Below are positions 37,461 through 50,229 of a stretch of 64,000 nt of DNA, one piece after another (positions within the stretch are counted from its first letter, which is position 1; each line of letters starts with the position of its first letter). The position numbers and the translations under genes were made by a program. The stretch lies in assembly GCA_024137785.1 (NCBI GenBank), contig JAHRHZ010000032.1:12404660-12468659 (forward strand), read 5' to 3'. The DNA comes from Ginglymostoma cirratum. Its lineage: Eukaryota. The notes under the pieces were generated by a model, which searched no databases, was not told where the DNA came from, and saw nothing but the letters and a program-made list of their open reading frames with translations.

Positions 37461-39870
37461 GTTATCAGTTATTGTGGATTTCAGTGGATTTCAAAACTAA
37501 TTCAGCTTTGCTCAGGATATTACAATGTTATAATTTATAGTTTCCAAAGGTGTATAACAACATTTATTTTTGGTTTTGAACAATTGAAGGGCTTAATTGA
37601 ATGGAGAAGTTAAGACGTAGTGAAGGTAAAAATATATGGTTCTGGATTAGCAATGACTCCTGACAATAGCTTCTGCTTCTTTGGCAGTATCTAACATCCA
37701 CAACTAAGGCAACAATTACTTTGTCTGAGGCATTCAACAGATTTTTAAAATCTAAAGACAGCTAACAAAAGAATTTTGAAATATTGGTGTATATTGTTAC
37801 CTCTCTGCCACACCCTCTTCAATGTCAGAATATCCCGGAGGTGAGATTGAATGCTTGTGTGTATGGACAATTGGCCAACAGTGAATGTTATACACCCATT
37901 CATTTAAAATGCAATCACACATTTTGGGTGATGCCCAGAAGATTCAATCCCAGCCATTTTACGTTTCTCCAAAATTGACTTTTAACCCCCTTTATGTTCT
38001 GTTACTTGCCTGCCTTCTCTATTAATTAGCTATAAAAGCTAACCAATGCAACTTTATGTGGAAAACTGTTTCCTTTCCTTCTGATTATTTGTGACCAGTG
38101 AAATTTAAATTACCCTTGAGTTGAATAACCAGTACTCTTGAGAACTGACTTAACCAATATAATCTTGACAGAATCTTGCAAATGGTTCAATCCTGTATTG
38201 ACCTTTACTTTTCCACAATAACCTATATATATTATATATATATAGTGCATTGCTTTTCTTCCCAATAAATATTTAATTTAAATACAATAACAAGTAGCAT
38301 AATGTCATGACAAAGAACAACACTGCTTAGAGTTTTCCATGCTACAAAGATCTCATGTCCCTGAGGAATATGTTGTAATGTTCCTCCACTTCAGTTAAGG
38401 TGTTTGAAGCAAATTTACATTGTGCCAAGCGTTTCTTTTACTTAATTAGAATATAGATGGAGCGGACCAGAATTTGGAGCCTAGTTTCAGCCTTTTACTG
38501 CTCCCTAATATGACAGCAATTATCAACATAACTCAACAAATTTAATGTAGCCAAACTGACTGAACTAACACTAGTCATCTCCAACTTTCAAAAATTGCTT
38601 AGGGTGCAAATAATTTTGCTCATCTCTCCAGACAACTTCATTACTCGGTTACTTACCTGGTTTTTCTTAAAATTGGTCTTTAAGCATTTGTTTAAGATGC
38701 AAGTATATCATTAATTCTTAATTCCAGTGAAACGTCAATGTAAAATTGATCAATATTTTGCAAATTCACTTATAACATGGGAATTGTACAGCTCTGAGAA
38801 AACATCTCTATCTGAGCCTGTAAATTCAGCATTTAAACAATTTAGTTAAGGTAAACATGATATACAATTTTAACTCGGTCAGTCGGATGACTGTATGTAA
38901 CTCTGTTTTCATCCTAATCCTTCTTGGTGATTCACCTAGAGCTATTACTGTTACAATGGTACTTAAGCTACTTGTATGAACACAGCAGAATGACAATGAT
39001 GAGAACACTGCCCTTTGAATCTTATTCCATGGACAGTACCTGTTTATCCCATGATCAGCTGAGGGGAGATTCTGGGAAGATGTCCTCATGAATGAAATAA
39101 TTAATGTCACCATTTGCAACAATAAATGTCTTAAATAGTTAAATTCAGGTGACATATAACCCAGGTGGATTCTGCAGCAATAACATATATGCACCTGCTA
39201 AGAATTAGGCCATTTTGGATATTAATTGGTTTTCCAATAAGTCCAAAATATCAAAAGGTCCAGCTTTGACAGTTTCGTTTCTCAGACCACCACACTTGTG
39301 TGTAGGACTTCCACTGTTTTTTTCAAAAATTATAAAATATAATAATTTTTAATACTTTACTCATTGTAGGTTTGCAGACAAAAAAATACATAGTTTGTCA
39401 AAACTTTTCATCTTACATAGATCAGGACAATTTGTAAGAAGTACCAATTTAAGTACAAAATTAATGTTTATACTCCATGAGAGGGGAGATACAATTGTTG
39501 GCAAGTGGAATCTGATAGATATAGGTGTTTCCATGGAGGATGTTTCCATTAATGCTGCTTCATAGTTGCCTTCCAGGTTTTGTTCACTTTTTAAATGAAG
39601 AAGGTTGACACTGAATGGTCAAGGTGTTGCCCTGAGAAGTTGACCAATGAATGACCTTGATCAGAAGGGCCAATTGGCCGAGAAGTGGCAGATGGAGTTT
39701 AATTTAGATAAATGTGAGGTTCTCCAATTTGGAAAGGCGAATCAGAGCAGGACTTGTACACTTAATGGTAAGATTATGTGGAGTGTTGTTGAACAAAGAG
39801 ACCTTGGAGTGCAGTTTCACAATTGTTTGAAAGTGGAGTTCCCAGGTTGACAGGTTAGTGAAGAAGGCAC

Positions 39871-40450
39871 AAAAACAGAAGCTTCTGGAAAAACTCAGCA
39901 GGTCTGGCAGCATTTGTGAAGAAAAGTCAGAGGTAATTGTTTCGGGTCTGGTGACCCTTCCTCAGAACTGATGGTAGCTAGGATATGTTGCTATATATGC
40001 AGAAGGTAGGGTGGGGAAAGGGTGTAAAGAGTGAATGATAGGTGGGGATAGAGCTCAAAGAGAAAGAAGAACAGTTGGACAGACAAACAAGTTGGTATCC
40101 TGGATGAATTCAAAGCATGGGGAAATGATACTTCATTTGGAATCCACGTGGAGTGAGTCTGAGCTGGAGACAGTAACTGAGGAATATGATATGGCTGTGG
40201 AAACTGGTTTTAGAAAATACCTGGTCAAACATGAGGAGTCACAGTGAAATCAATGTGGGTGGCCAAGAGAAAAGATTGGAACGGAAATCCGGTCGGAGGT
40301 GGTAGCTACTATCAGTTCTGAGGAAGGGTCACCAGACTTGCAAGGTTAACTCTGATTTCTCTTCACAGATGCTGCCAGACCTGCCAAGCTTTTCCAGCAA
40401 CTTCTGTTTTTTTACCTAAATTACAGCATCCCGAGTTCTTTCGGTTTTTA
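39871..40450. mobile_element. PLE fold-back element (two inverted pseudo-LTRs, PLE 3' region and filler DNA)
   Basis: Inverted arms ~39871-39980 and ~40303-40412. Perfect 15-bp TSD TAGTGAAGAAGGCAC (39856-39870, 40451-40465). Confidence 0.85.
39930..39972 (-). ncRNA. Minimal type I hammerhead ribozyme core (PLE type), cleavage region mutated
   Basis: Minus strand CAGTT-CTGAGGA-A-GGGTC-ACCA-GACCC-GAAAC-AATTACC: conserved CUGANGA and GAAA boxes with a paired stem II. Confidence 0.55.
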
Positions 40451-43400
40451 TAGTGAAGAAGGCACTTGATATGCTGCCTTTGTTGGTGACCGCATTGAGT
40501 ATAGGAGTAAGGAGGTTATGTTCCTGGTTGGTTAGGTTGGTTAGGCCACATTTGGAACACTGAGTTCAATTCTGGTCTTCCTGCTATAGGAAGGGTGTTG
40601 TGAAACTTTAAAGGGTTCCCAAAGGTTTTACAAGGACATTACCAGGTTTGAGCGTTTGAGCTATGGAGAGAGGCTGAATAGGCTGGGACTATTTTCCCTG
40701 AAGCGTCAGAGGCTGAGTGGTGACTTTTCGAGGTTTATAAATTCATGTTGGTATGGATAGGGTAAATAGACAAGGTGTTTTCCCTGGGGTGGGCCAGTCT
40801 AAAACTAGAGGGCATACTTTTAAGGTGAGTGGGAAAAGATTTAAAAAGGGCCTAAGGGGTAACTTTTTCATGCGAAGGGTGGTGCATGTATGGAATGAGC
40901 TGCCTGAGGAAGTAGTGGAGGCTGGTACAATTACAACATTTAAAAGGCATCTGGATGAGTATATGAATGGGAAAGGTTTTAGAGGGATACGGACCAAATG
41001 CTGGAAAATAAGACTAGATTTATTCAGTATATCTGGTTGGCATGGACAAGTTGGACCAAAGGGTCTGTTTCCATGCTGCACATTTTATGACTGTATGACT
41101 TTGTGTGTCACCTTTGTTGTTGAGTTGAAAAATCTACTAGGCCCACACGTGTTATTTTTCTTTTGGCAAATAACGATGTATTAATATATGTAGCTTCATG
41201 TGCACGATGCTGCAAGTCTGACTGATAATCCTAAATTGGTTTCAGTGTAATGCTTCCTACTTTCAGGATTATCCAGCAAATGCTGTCCAATTGCAGAATC
41301 GTGTCTAATGTTGGACACTGTGTTATGTGTTTTATATATGTTTTATATGTTTTGCAAATAGGATCTGGTTGGGTACAATTAGAACTGTACGTTATGTGAA
41401 CCGTTAAGGGGATGTACCCTTTGATTAGATTTTGCAGTCTTTGGAAAGTGTGGCCTTCATATCTGGTATCACTCCAACATTGAGAGTCATATCCAACTTT
41501 ACTTGTTTGTGTGATCGGTAAACTACTTTCTTGACTTGACTGCAGTGTGCTGTTATGGCAAACACAACTCGTGTTGCTATTGCGAAGTAGCAGCATGGAA
41601 CAGCTAGCTTCACCTTTTGTTCAAACTTTTGATTGTAGTTATTATTGAAGATCATATTGCTATTCACCATTGTGCCTCAAATGATTGGCACTTTGTGTAT
41701 TCTCCATTGTCTGAACTTGTCAGTCTGATTGACTTCAATGGCATTGCAAATATATCATCAGAACTGTTTCTTTTCTACTTTCACCACAGATTTCATTATC
41801 GTATGGCTTATGGTGGATAATGTATTTCTTTTATAGAATCCTCTTGTGCCTCAATTATTTAGCAGTCATGCAACATGGATTTCACTGGCAGATTTGAGTT
41901 CCACAGCAACTGGGTGGAAATTGCAGGTGCTATGATGTATCTCTGTGTTTCAGCCACACAGGCCAAGAGGAGCAAGATCAAGGACAATGGAACAGCAGTG
42001 GACGGGGGGAGACCAGCCTAGCTGTGGGTATGGAGCTTCTAGAAAATTTAATGGATGGACTACTTTACAACCTTTCTTTCCCCTATCTGCCTAGCAGCCA
42101 ACCAAATTGATAGGTTGGCCAGCTGTAGGATGGGACAGCAATTGGCAGGAAGCAGAAACTGGAACTCCTTAGTGATAGTCTCTACAATCATGATTTTGTG
42201 GTGGATTGGGGCTTGAGAGTGTTTGGACCCTGCAGTAGGATAGAAATTGAGAGTAGAAGGTGGTTAAATCATTTATCAGGTAGGAGATTGAGGGTTTAGG
42301 GTGAGGGATTGTGGAGCAGTGCAGAGATTAGGAGTTGGTAGGGAGAAGTTGGTGATTGTTGCAGGAGTGAGAGAGACATTGATCAATAAAGGGAAGGCTG
42401 AAAGTTTTGGAGGGGCTGGAAGGGCACTCTCGCTCCTCCTTACCCACAAGATAAGCTGGAAATAAAGCACATATTTTGGGAACGGTTCATTCCTGTCTTA
42501 ATTTCACTGTCAGGTTTCCTGCAAATTAGGAATCTCAGATTCTAGCAGTTAATTGAAATTAGATTCTTAATTTCACTTTGGGACCCTCATTTAAATATGA
42601 TAAGGAAGTACTCTATCACTCCAAGTTGAGGCACTGACACAACATGAAACATATTTATTTTAAAATAGCAATGAATAAATGAGCAGGGAATTAGGCGCAA
42701 GCTTATATTTTTAAGATTTAACCACTGCCAGCCAGTCTTCACCCTCACATCTCAGGAATTCAGGAATGGGTGTAAAATCCAATCTTGAGGACATTTTATG
42801 TCACTAACTTTTTATTTGAACTCTTTCAGCTGCTTTCTAATTGCCTCTGAGTTTATAGCATAAAACAATGAGCAGACAGAAGATATTCCCTAGATATACT
42901 CGATTTTTTCCATCTCAAGAGCCAGTTCCACGGACAAATATTAAACTTTGAAGGGAAAGCTGGAACTAGAAAAAAACTGGAGGAAACGTGCCATACTTAT
43001 TCCTCACTTAGTTTCTACCCAACTGAATCACACACTTACCTTAACTGACACATTCATTGAACAGTAATTTCATGCCAGTTCTGCAAGCATTACAACAAAT
43101 TGGAATGATATATCAGTAATTGTGGCAAGACTTTACAGCCTAAATATATAGTGTACAAATACTAAATGCTCTGTTTATATGAGCATGCTTTCAAATGTCA
43201 TAATCCAGTGACAAGATGAAGCAAGTTTTATTACATTGCTTGGTTGTCTTTTACATTTCAGTTGAAAGGTCTTGTTTGACTTTTCTGGACCCATTCTTTT
43301 GCTTGCCTTAAATACACTCTTCTTTGGAAGTCCAGGGGTGGTGGATATGGGCCTGAAAAGGGTATTTCTTGATTAATTGCAATCAACATCATTCACTGAT

Positions 43401-43469
43401 GTCATGAGTTCTAGGTCGAGGAGGAAAGTAAGATCTTGTCAGAGGTCATCACAAGAGTATTTGTGGTAA

Positions 43470-43818
43470 TAGAATAGAATCCCTACAGTGTGGAAACAGG
43501 CCATTTGGCCCAACAAATCCACACCGCCCCTCTGAAGAGCATCCCACCGAGACCCATTCCCCTACCCCTGAATTTTCCCATGTCTAACCCACCAAACCTA
43601 CACATCCCTCGGCACTATGAGCAATTTAGCATGGCCAATCTACCTAACCTGCACATCTTTGGACTGTGGGAGGAAACTGGAGCACCTGAAGGAAACCCAC
43701 GCAGACATGGGGAGAATGTGTAAACTCCACACAGACAGTTGCATAGGGTGGAATCAAACCCGGGTTCCTGGCGCTGTGAGACAGCATTGCTAAATACTGA
43801 GCTCCCGTGCTGCCCCTT
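43470..43818 (-). mobile_element. HE1-type (V-SINE) SINE
   Basis: Same structure as 9343-9670; tail ATAGAATAGAATCCCTACAGTGTGGAAACAGGCC. Confidence 0.85.
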
Positions 43819-44837
43819 TTTGTAGAATCTTTTGTTATAAATTTAGAATAGTTGCAGAGATGCAACTACATTTTGTTTATGCTACAAGACTCTTCTTGTT
43901 AGATCAGAATGTGGCTACCCTTATTCACTCAAGTCAATGTAATCCCCAAAAGAATCTACACACTTCGAAGATGCAGTTCGGCAGCACACATGACCTGGTG
44001 CTGTGTGTGGGATCTGAGGATTTAATTTAGCACCAGTTTCAGTCACAATGAAGTAAACCTGCCGGTACCACACAAGTTTTCAATAAAGTAATTACTGTTG
44101 ATTTCTGAGGACGGTAAACCCAGTATACCTCATGATAACACTAAATGCTGAAGTATGTTTCAAGCAATGACACAGAAAGTATTTCAGACAGATAGAAAAC
44201 ATTGTGGAACAGAAGAAGTTTGTGGCTCTAAGGCTGAGGTACATGCTGCATCATGAGGAATCTTTGGGAGCAATCCTCCTTCTGTTGCTGAATAAGTAGT
44301 CATGAGAGATTGCAGGAGTCAAAACTAAAAGTCCCTTGTACAAAGGGGAAATTTTTAATGGTGCAGTCAGTGAAGTTGGATGGTGAAACAAAAAATTGCA
44401 GCTGAGAAAATGCGGCACCATTTGTGTGTGGATAACTTGGCACAGCTTTAAAAGAAATGAAAGTAACAGGGCCAGAGGAGAAATTTGTAAAATCAAAGAG
44501 CAGAAAGACCGGGAAATCAAAAACTCAGTCATTGAAAGCAAATAAGCGTTAGGCAATTTAAAGAAGTAAAAGACGTTGGTCTAACTATGAAAATTTCCAG
44601 GAAACTGCGATAAAGCTACAAAAGGTGGGAAATCCTTCACTGCAGGGAACACTGCGGGAAAACTAGCTACAGAAAGTAGGAATTCCCCCATCACAGTTTC
44701 AATAACATGAGAATCCTCCATTAAAGCTGCATAAGCAGGAAACTGCTCCAGAACAGCAGCAAAGTGAGAGCGTATTGTCAGTATTACAAAGTTAAATTAT
44801 TTAAAGAAAATAAAGTACTTAATTCCATTAAGAAGCC

Positions 44838-45950
44838 ATGGAATTTCCAGAAAGATTTAGTTTCAGAAAAGATCCAAATACAACACAAAATTGTACATCC
44901 TAGGGAAAAAGCAGGTCTTGGTGTATTGAATAGTTTCTAAACTCAATACAACGGCAAAAGTTGAACAAGTAAATACACATCTGTACACAATTGATAGAAT
45001 AGCAAACATTATTATAGCTTACCAAGTTGTTAAAAAGAAGTAACAGACATGAAGAGTAACTGAAAACTGTTGATAATCATTTCAGACCCAAAACTGATAA
45101 ACTTCTTGAAAAAGCAAGATTTGTCAGAAGAATACAGCTTCCAGGGAATGAATTTAATGATCGATACAGGAGAGATGTGACTATTGTGATTTGAAGTTAG
45201 AATTTATAAGAGACAAAATTGTTGGATTTGTGAATGAGTCCTTGTTAGATTTAAAAGGAAGACCTAACTCTACAGAAAATCATTCAGAGGCGAAAGAAGC
45301 AGAGGTCCATCAGAAATACAGATCAATCCTATGGGAGGCAAAATGAAACTTGGTATAGAGCTCTTCAGATCCAATCAATTCTTAAGAAACAGAATCACAA
45401 AAGACACATCATAAGCCAACGACTTGGGAAGAACAGACACCAGACACTAAAATTTTGTCAATGCTGTGGAGCAAAGAAAGCTCACAAACATTAACCAATC
45501 CCAACTATTAAAATCAAATGCTTTACATTACAAAATAATAGATTACTTTCAGAAATATGTCAACTGAGGGCATGGCCACAAAAGCAAAAGTCCAAAGAAC
45601 TACTCACTCAAAGAGGTAAATCAGATAGAACAATCTCCAGTAAATGTTTTCCTCAAAGCTATCATCAAACTAGACCAAATATTTTGACAAGATGCTATTT
45701 ATGCAATGGACCTTTCATGGATTTCAATTTAGGAGCAACAGGTGCAATATTGTCAGGCAGTGAGCTTTGGTTGGCAAAACACTGTTTACAACCAATGAAA
45801 GTTCAACCACAATGCCTGGGGCATCACCTTTAACAATAAAGGAATGCTGCAAGCAAATTTCCAACATAGAGGACATCAAATACTATTGAAAATAAAACAC
45901 TATATACTTGTCACAATATTAATGCCTTCCTACTTGGCAGTGAGAATTCC
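44838..45950 (+). mobile_element. Gypsy/Ty3 LTR retrotransposon gag-protease remnant
   Basis: Frame-broken peptides MEFPERFSF.., VEQVNTHLYTI, LLEKARFVRRIQLPG, CDYCDLKLEFIRDKIVG, CQCCG..H zinc-knuckle remnant, and a decayed protease region. Possible LTR upstream (~43870-44200, AATAAA near 44082). Confidence 0.65.
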
Positions 45951-46899
45951 TGGATCCATTAATATTTTTATGTGGTTTCAGGCCATACTATGAGTTTGGG
46001 TTCAAGACAGATTGGTCAAACAGGAGACCAAGTCAAGAACAGCTCAGGGTAACACTATTTGTTATATATTAACACTAAACACTGCTATATATCGTCATGA
46101 TAGATGTACCAGGCTCTGACTCGAATTTGTTCATGTATAATATAACTCTATCTTCTTTGTATTTACTCATCTACGTGCTCATGTGAGTCTTCCACACTAT
46201 TCTTATGTCACCCATGCTGCANNNNNNNNNNNNNNNNNNNNNNNNNNNNNNNNNNNNNNNNNNNNNNNNNNNNNNNNNNNNNNNNNNNNNNNNNNNNNNN
46301 NNNNNNNNNNNNNNNNNNNNNNNNNNNNNNNNNNNNNNNNNNNNNNNNNNNNNNNNNNNNNNNNNNNNNNNNNNNNNNNNNNNNNNNNNNNNNNNNNNNN
46401 NNNNNNNNNNNNNNNNNNNNNNNNNNNNNNNNNNNNNNNNNNNNNNNNNNNNNNNNNNNNNNNNNNNNNNNNNNNNNNNNNNNNNNNNNNNNNNNNNNNN
46501 NNNNNNNNNNNNNNNNNNNNNNNNNNNNNNNNNNNNNNNNNNNNNNNNNNNNNNNNNNNNNNNNNNNNNNNNNNNNNNNNNNNNNNNNNNNNNNNNNNNN
46601 NNNNNNNNNNNNNNNNNNNNNATCTCGAAGTAAATTTGGTAATTTTGCTTGTTCACTGTTGGCTTCTCTTAGATTAGAAATTTATTCGATCCAATCGATC
46701 ACATTCTGTGACTGGGTAGTGCAACCAAGGAATCCACCGAAGGTACTGAAGCTTTGTGACTCACTGTTGGTGATGTCTGACTTTGTCCAATTGATCAGGT
46801 GGTTCCTTTGGTAAAGATGATAACTGGGTAATGCAGGAATAAAGAGATGAAGTAATGGTTGTTGTCATGGATAGGAGCTTTGGACGTGGTGAAAGCAAT

Positions 46900-47560
46900 G
46901 TAGACATGTCAATTAAACTACCTTTCGTCACCAAGCAAGTTAACAAAAAGTTTATGATCACACTCCATCCTGATCTTGAGACCCAGGATGTAATTAGAAA
47001 ATGTTTCACACGGCCTCATAACTGTTCAGGCCTCTTTCTCAATGATAATGTTCTGGATTTCCAAACCTGATAATAACTCTGAAGTGCAATATATAGGCTT
47101 TTAATTTCCTCCCCTCTGTTCCTGAAAAAGCATCACTTCATTAACAGTCTGAGGTATCCTCAGCAATAATAGTTGGGTTTTATGTATTATAATCAGTCGA
47201 GCCCCACATGTCCTTAACCTTCTGAAAGAACATCTTGTGCTGTGTATCCCTAACCAAGCTTACAACTTTTTTAAGAGTTTTCTCAAGTGTTCTGTAATAG
47301 AGGTGAGTTATATCCAAAATTTAGTCAATTGATTAACCATATAAGAAACAGTTGCAGATCATACATGGGTTTTGGAAGTCTTTGACTGTCTTGGTTTTCT
47401 GGGGATCAGGTTGTGTCCCATCCTTGCTAATGCAATGACCTAGGAAATAAATGGAATCCTTTGAATGGCCTGTTGCTTGTAAATGTTTCAAGGCGTCCTG
47501 TATTCTCCTATCATGAGGCTGAGTACTTTCCACATTTATCAGAGCAGCATCCAACTGATA
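46900..47560 (-). mobile_element. Gypsy/Ty3 pol remnant (RT thumb and RNase H)
   Basis: SIYFLGHCISKDGTQPDPQKTKTVKDF (ORF 47333-47632); IEKEA*TVMRPCETFSNYILGLKIRMECDHKLFVNLL resembles the RNase H EKEAL..TDHKPL motif. Confidence 0.8.
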
Positions 47561-48107
47561 TATCATACCATTTAGTAAAATGATGAACATAATGCATTCA
47601 AAATCTCTGGAGTGATTGTTCACTCCATACATGCATAAAATGTCAGTTTAACATGGAACACGCCCCTTTAACTGTAGGAATGATACCTCCAGCTGTGTAC
47701 AGCTTTAAATTAGCTGATGAAACGTTCGTTGCTGCTAACCATATGGATTTATGTGAGATAACCATAACTCTGGCATCAGTATCTCATTTACATTTGTTTG
47801 GTTAACCACTTCAATGGATGACTACCTGTAAATCTATATTAAGTGACTGTTATCCTCTTGTGGAAGAGTAAAATAGGTATTTTCATCAGTAGTTGTTCTT
47901 CATGTAGAGAAGCCTTTCCCTTGCAGTATTGACATGCCCATCAAGATTTTGTTCCATGAAATGAATACACAATGTTGGGTTAGGAATAATTTGATTTGCA
48001 GCTGATATGTTCTTCGGACTATATGTCGTTGATGAAAGACTGTTAGCTTTGTCTTCCTGGTATAGGACTTTGGAACCATACTTGTGGCAAGGTACTGCAG
48101 ATTTTGA

Positions 48108-49785
48108 TTGCTTAAGATCTGCTTGTGATGTTGTCACATTTTGTATATTGTTCAGATGAGAGTTCTGTCTTCTCTGAGTGGACGGTTTATTGTGTTTTAT
48201 CTCTGTAGAATGTATTGTGTTCAATGGAACTTCAGCTGTTCATTGTATCTTGAGCAATTTTCTAGATATGGTCTTTGATTTGGTGTTATCAATGATGAAA
48301 TTATTTCAAATCCTGCGAGTTTTGCTTTCCACAAGTGACAATTTGCTGATCTATTAAATGGATCTGAAAGAGTAAATATTTCTAGTGGAAAGATAGGTTT
48401 TGGTATGGTTTGATTGTGGATAGTATTTGAATTTGACAATGATTTTCTTTATTTGGAAGAATACTGCTGGGATTTTATCTCTGTTATTATAATCATTTTA
48501 TTGTCTTGTAGTATTCTTGGTTGATTAAACTTAATGTTGAATTTTTGTTATTGTAAAGATTTGTTCTATTAAAGTTGAAAGCTCTTAAAGTTTCTACTGT
48601 TTTAAATGCTGTTTTTCCTTTACCAGTATGACCTCTTTATAGAGATATGTGCACGTATTACCGTTCCAAGGTGGCTGAAGGATTTTGAAAGAATTGGTAG
48701 ATTGAACGTACTCAAAATGGCTTCATGCACTAAGATACAATGATTTTCTTTTGACTGTATTAAATGGTGCTGCCAAGACAGCATTGTTACCAATTTTAAA
48801 ATTTTCTGCATTTGAGGTATTTACTCACCAAACTCAACAAAACGTGATCAGATTTGCCCACATCTTTTCTTTGTCCAATTATTCTTTCATTAATAAAATT
48901 GCTAAGATTTCTTAATTGACAACTAAAACTTACATTTGTCTTTCAACCATTGTAACAATAAAGGTTACACTAAATTCACTGTTAAGTCTCTGATATCTCA
49001 AATTACAATAACAACTTTTGCTTTTCATTTTTCCTTTTTAAACCATTTCTCTTCAGGCTTGTATACAAAGAATTATCTTAACTTGCTGTCGTTCACTTTA
49101 TCAATGAGTTCAGAAATTTGTTGACTCACTTAAGAAGTCTTAACTATGATTCTCAGCCCTGTTCCTTGAATGGAAATGAATTGGTTTGTTCCTTTATTTT
49201 AGGAATCAAAGTTGCTTTAGTTCTCCAGGAATTGAACTGTTTTTGTGGATGCTCAGTTCAGATTTTTTTTCTTAGCTACTAGTGGGCTGTTACTCCTCTG
49301 GCTAGGCTTGTTTGACCTATTATTGGTTGTAAAAGTCTTTTTTGGGCCTTACAGTCTTTTGATGGTTACTCTAGAGGAGTTTGTGTTCAGAGAAATTTTC
49401 TTTAGAACAGCTGTTCTGATCTGTGGTTTTTCTGGCTAGAAATTGGTGCTAAATTCAAATACTATCAACCATCAAACAATGCCAAAACCTATCTTCCTAC
49501 TCGAAATATCTACTCTTTCGGATGCGTTTGATTGATCAGCAAATTGTCTCTAGTGGAAAGCACAATTCCTAGGATTTGAAACAATTTCAGCATTGATAAC
49601 ACCAAATCAAAGACCAAATCTAGAAAATTGTTCAAGATACAATGAACAGCAAAAGGTCCTTTGAACACAATACATTCGACAGAGCATTTTGTGATAAAAC
49701 ACTATAAACCATCCACCCACAGAAGACCGAACTCTCACCTGAACAATATACAAAATGTGACAACATCATGAGCAAATCATAAGCA
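48108..49785. repeat. ~340-bp imperfect inverted repeat (48108-48448 vs 49438-49785) with ~1 kb spacer
   Basis: For example GATGTTGTCACATTTTGTATATTGTTCAG vs CTGAACAATATACAAAATGTGACAACATC, and GGTCTTTGATTTGGTGTTATCAATG vs CATTGATAACACCAAATCAAAGACC. Confidence 0.9.
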
Positions 49786-50010
49786 CCAATGATTGTTTGA
49801 AGCCATTAGATTTTCATCCTGCTCCTGTTCAGATGATCTCTGGTCTGTTTCTTTATCTTCTCAGCTGTTATGAATTTCCAGGCAATGTTCTTACTGTTTC
49901 CACCCTCTTTTATCATATGGATAGATGCCACGCTGAGTTTGGATTAGAAAATTGTTGTACCAAATACAGCAATTCAGTGAAGAAAGATTTGAACATCTCA
50001 TGCCTTTATA

Positions 50011-50061
50011 CCCTAACCCTAACCCTAACTCTAGCCCTGGCCCTAGCCCTAACCCTAACCC
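50011..50061. repeat. Short interstitial telomere-like (CCCTAA)n tract
   Basis: CCCTAA CCCTAA CCCTAA CTCTAG CCCTGG CCCTAG CCCTAA CCCTAA CCC. Confidence 0.85.
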
Positions 50062-50229
50062 GGGAAGATACCAAAACATTTATTGAAACTAATTGAGAAC
50101 CATTTGCAGAAAAGGCAAGCATAGGCATTATTTCTCTAAGTACATAACCATCAGAGTGAAGTTCAGGCTTGGTTGTTGTACGCAAGCCTCATCAATTGCT
50201 TAATGCAATGCCAGCCCGACTGAACAAGG

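Larger units (their letters stand above)
39655..41100 (+). mobile_element. CR1 (HER1-type) LINE 3' half, interrupted by a PLE element
   Basis: ORF 39647 AEKWQMEFNLDKCEVLQFG..QRDLGV; ORF 40753 TRGHTFKV..RGNFFMRRVVHVWNELPEEVVEAGTITTFKRHLD; TATGAC repeat tail. Confidence 0.9.

Noticed and set aside
41230-41840. Possible LTR/integrase-end remnant; ORFs 41231-41596 and 41425-41670
   Set aside because: No diagnostic motif and no paired LTR identified
41876-42782. Possible non-autonomous DNA transposon with short TIRs (GGATTTCAC ... GTAAAATCC)
   Set aside because: TIR match is too short and degenerate to support without a library search
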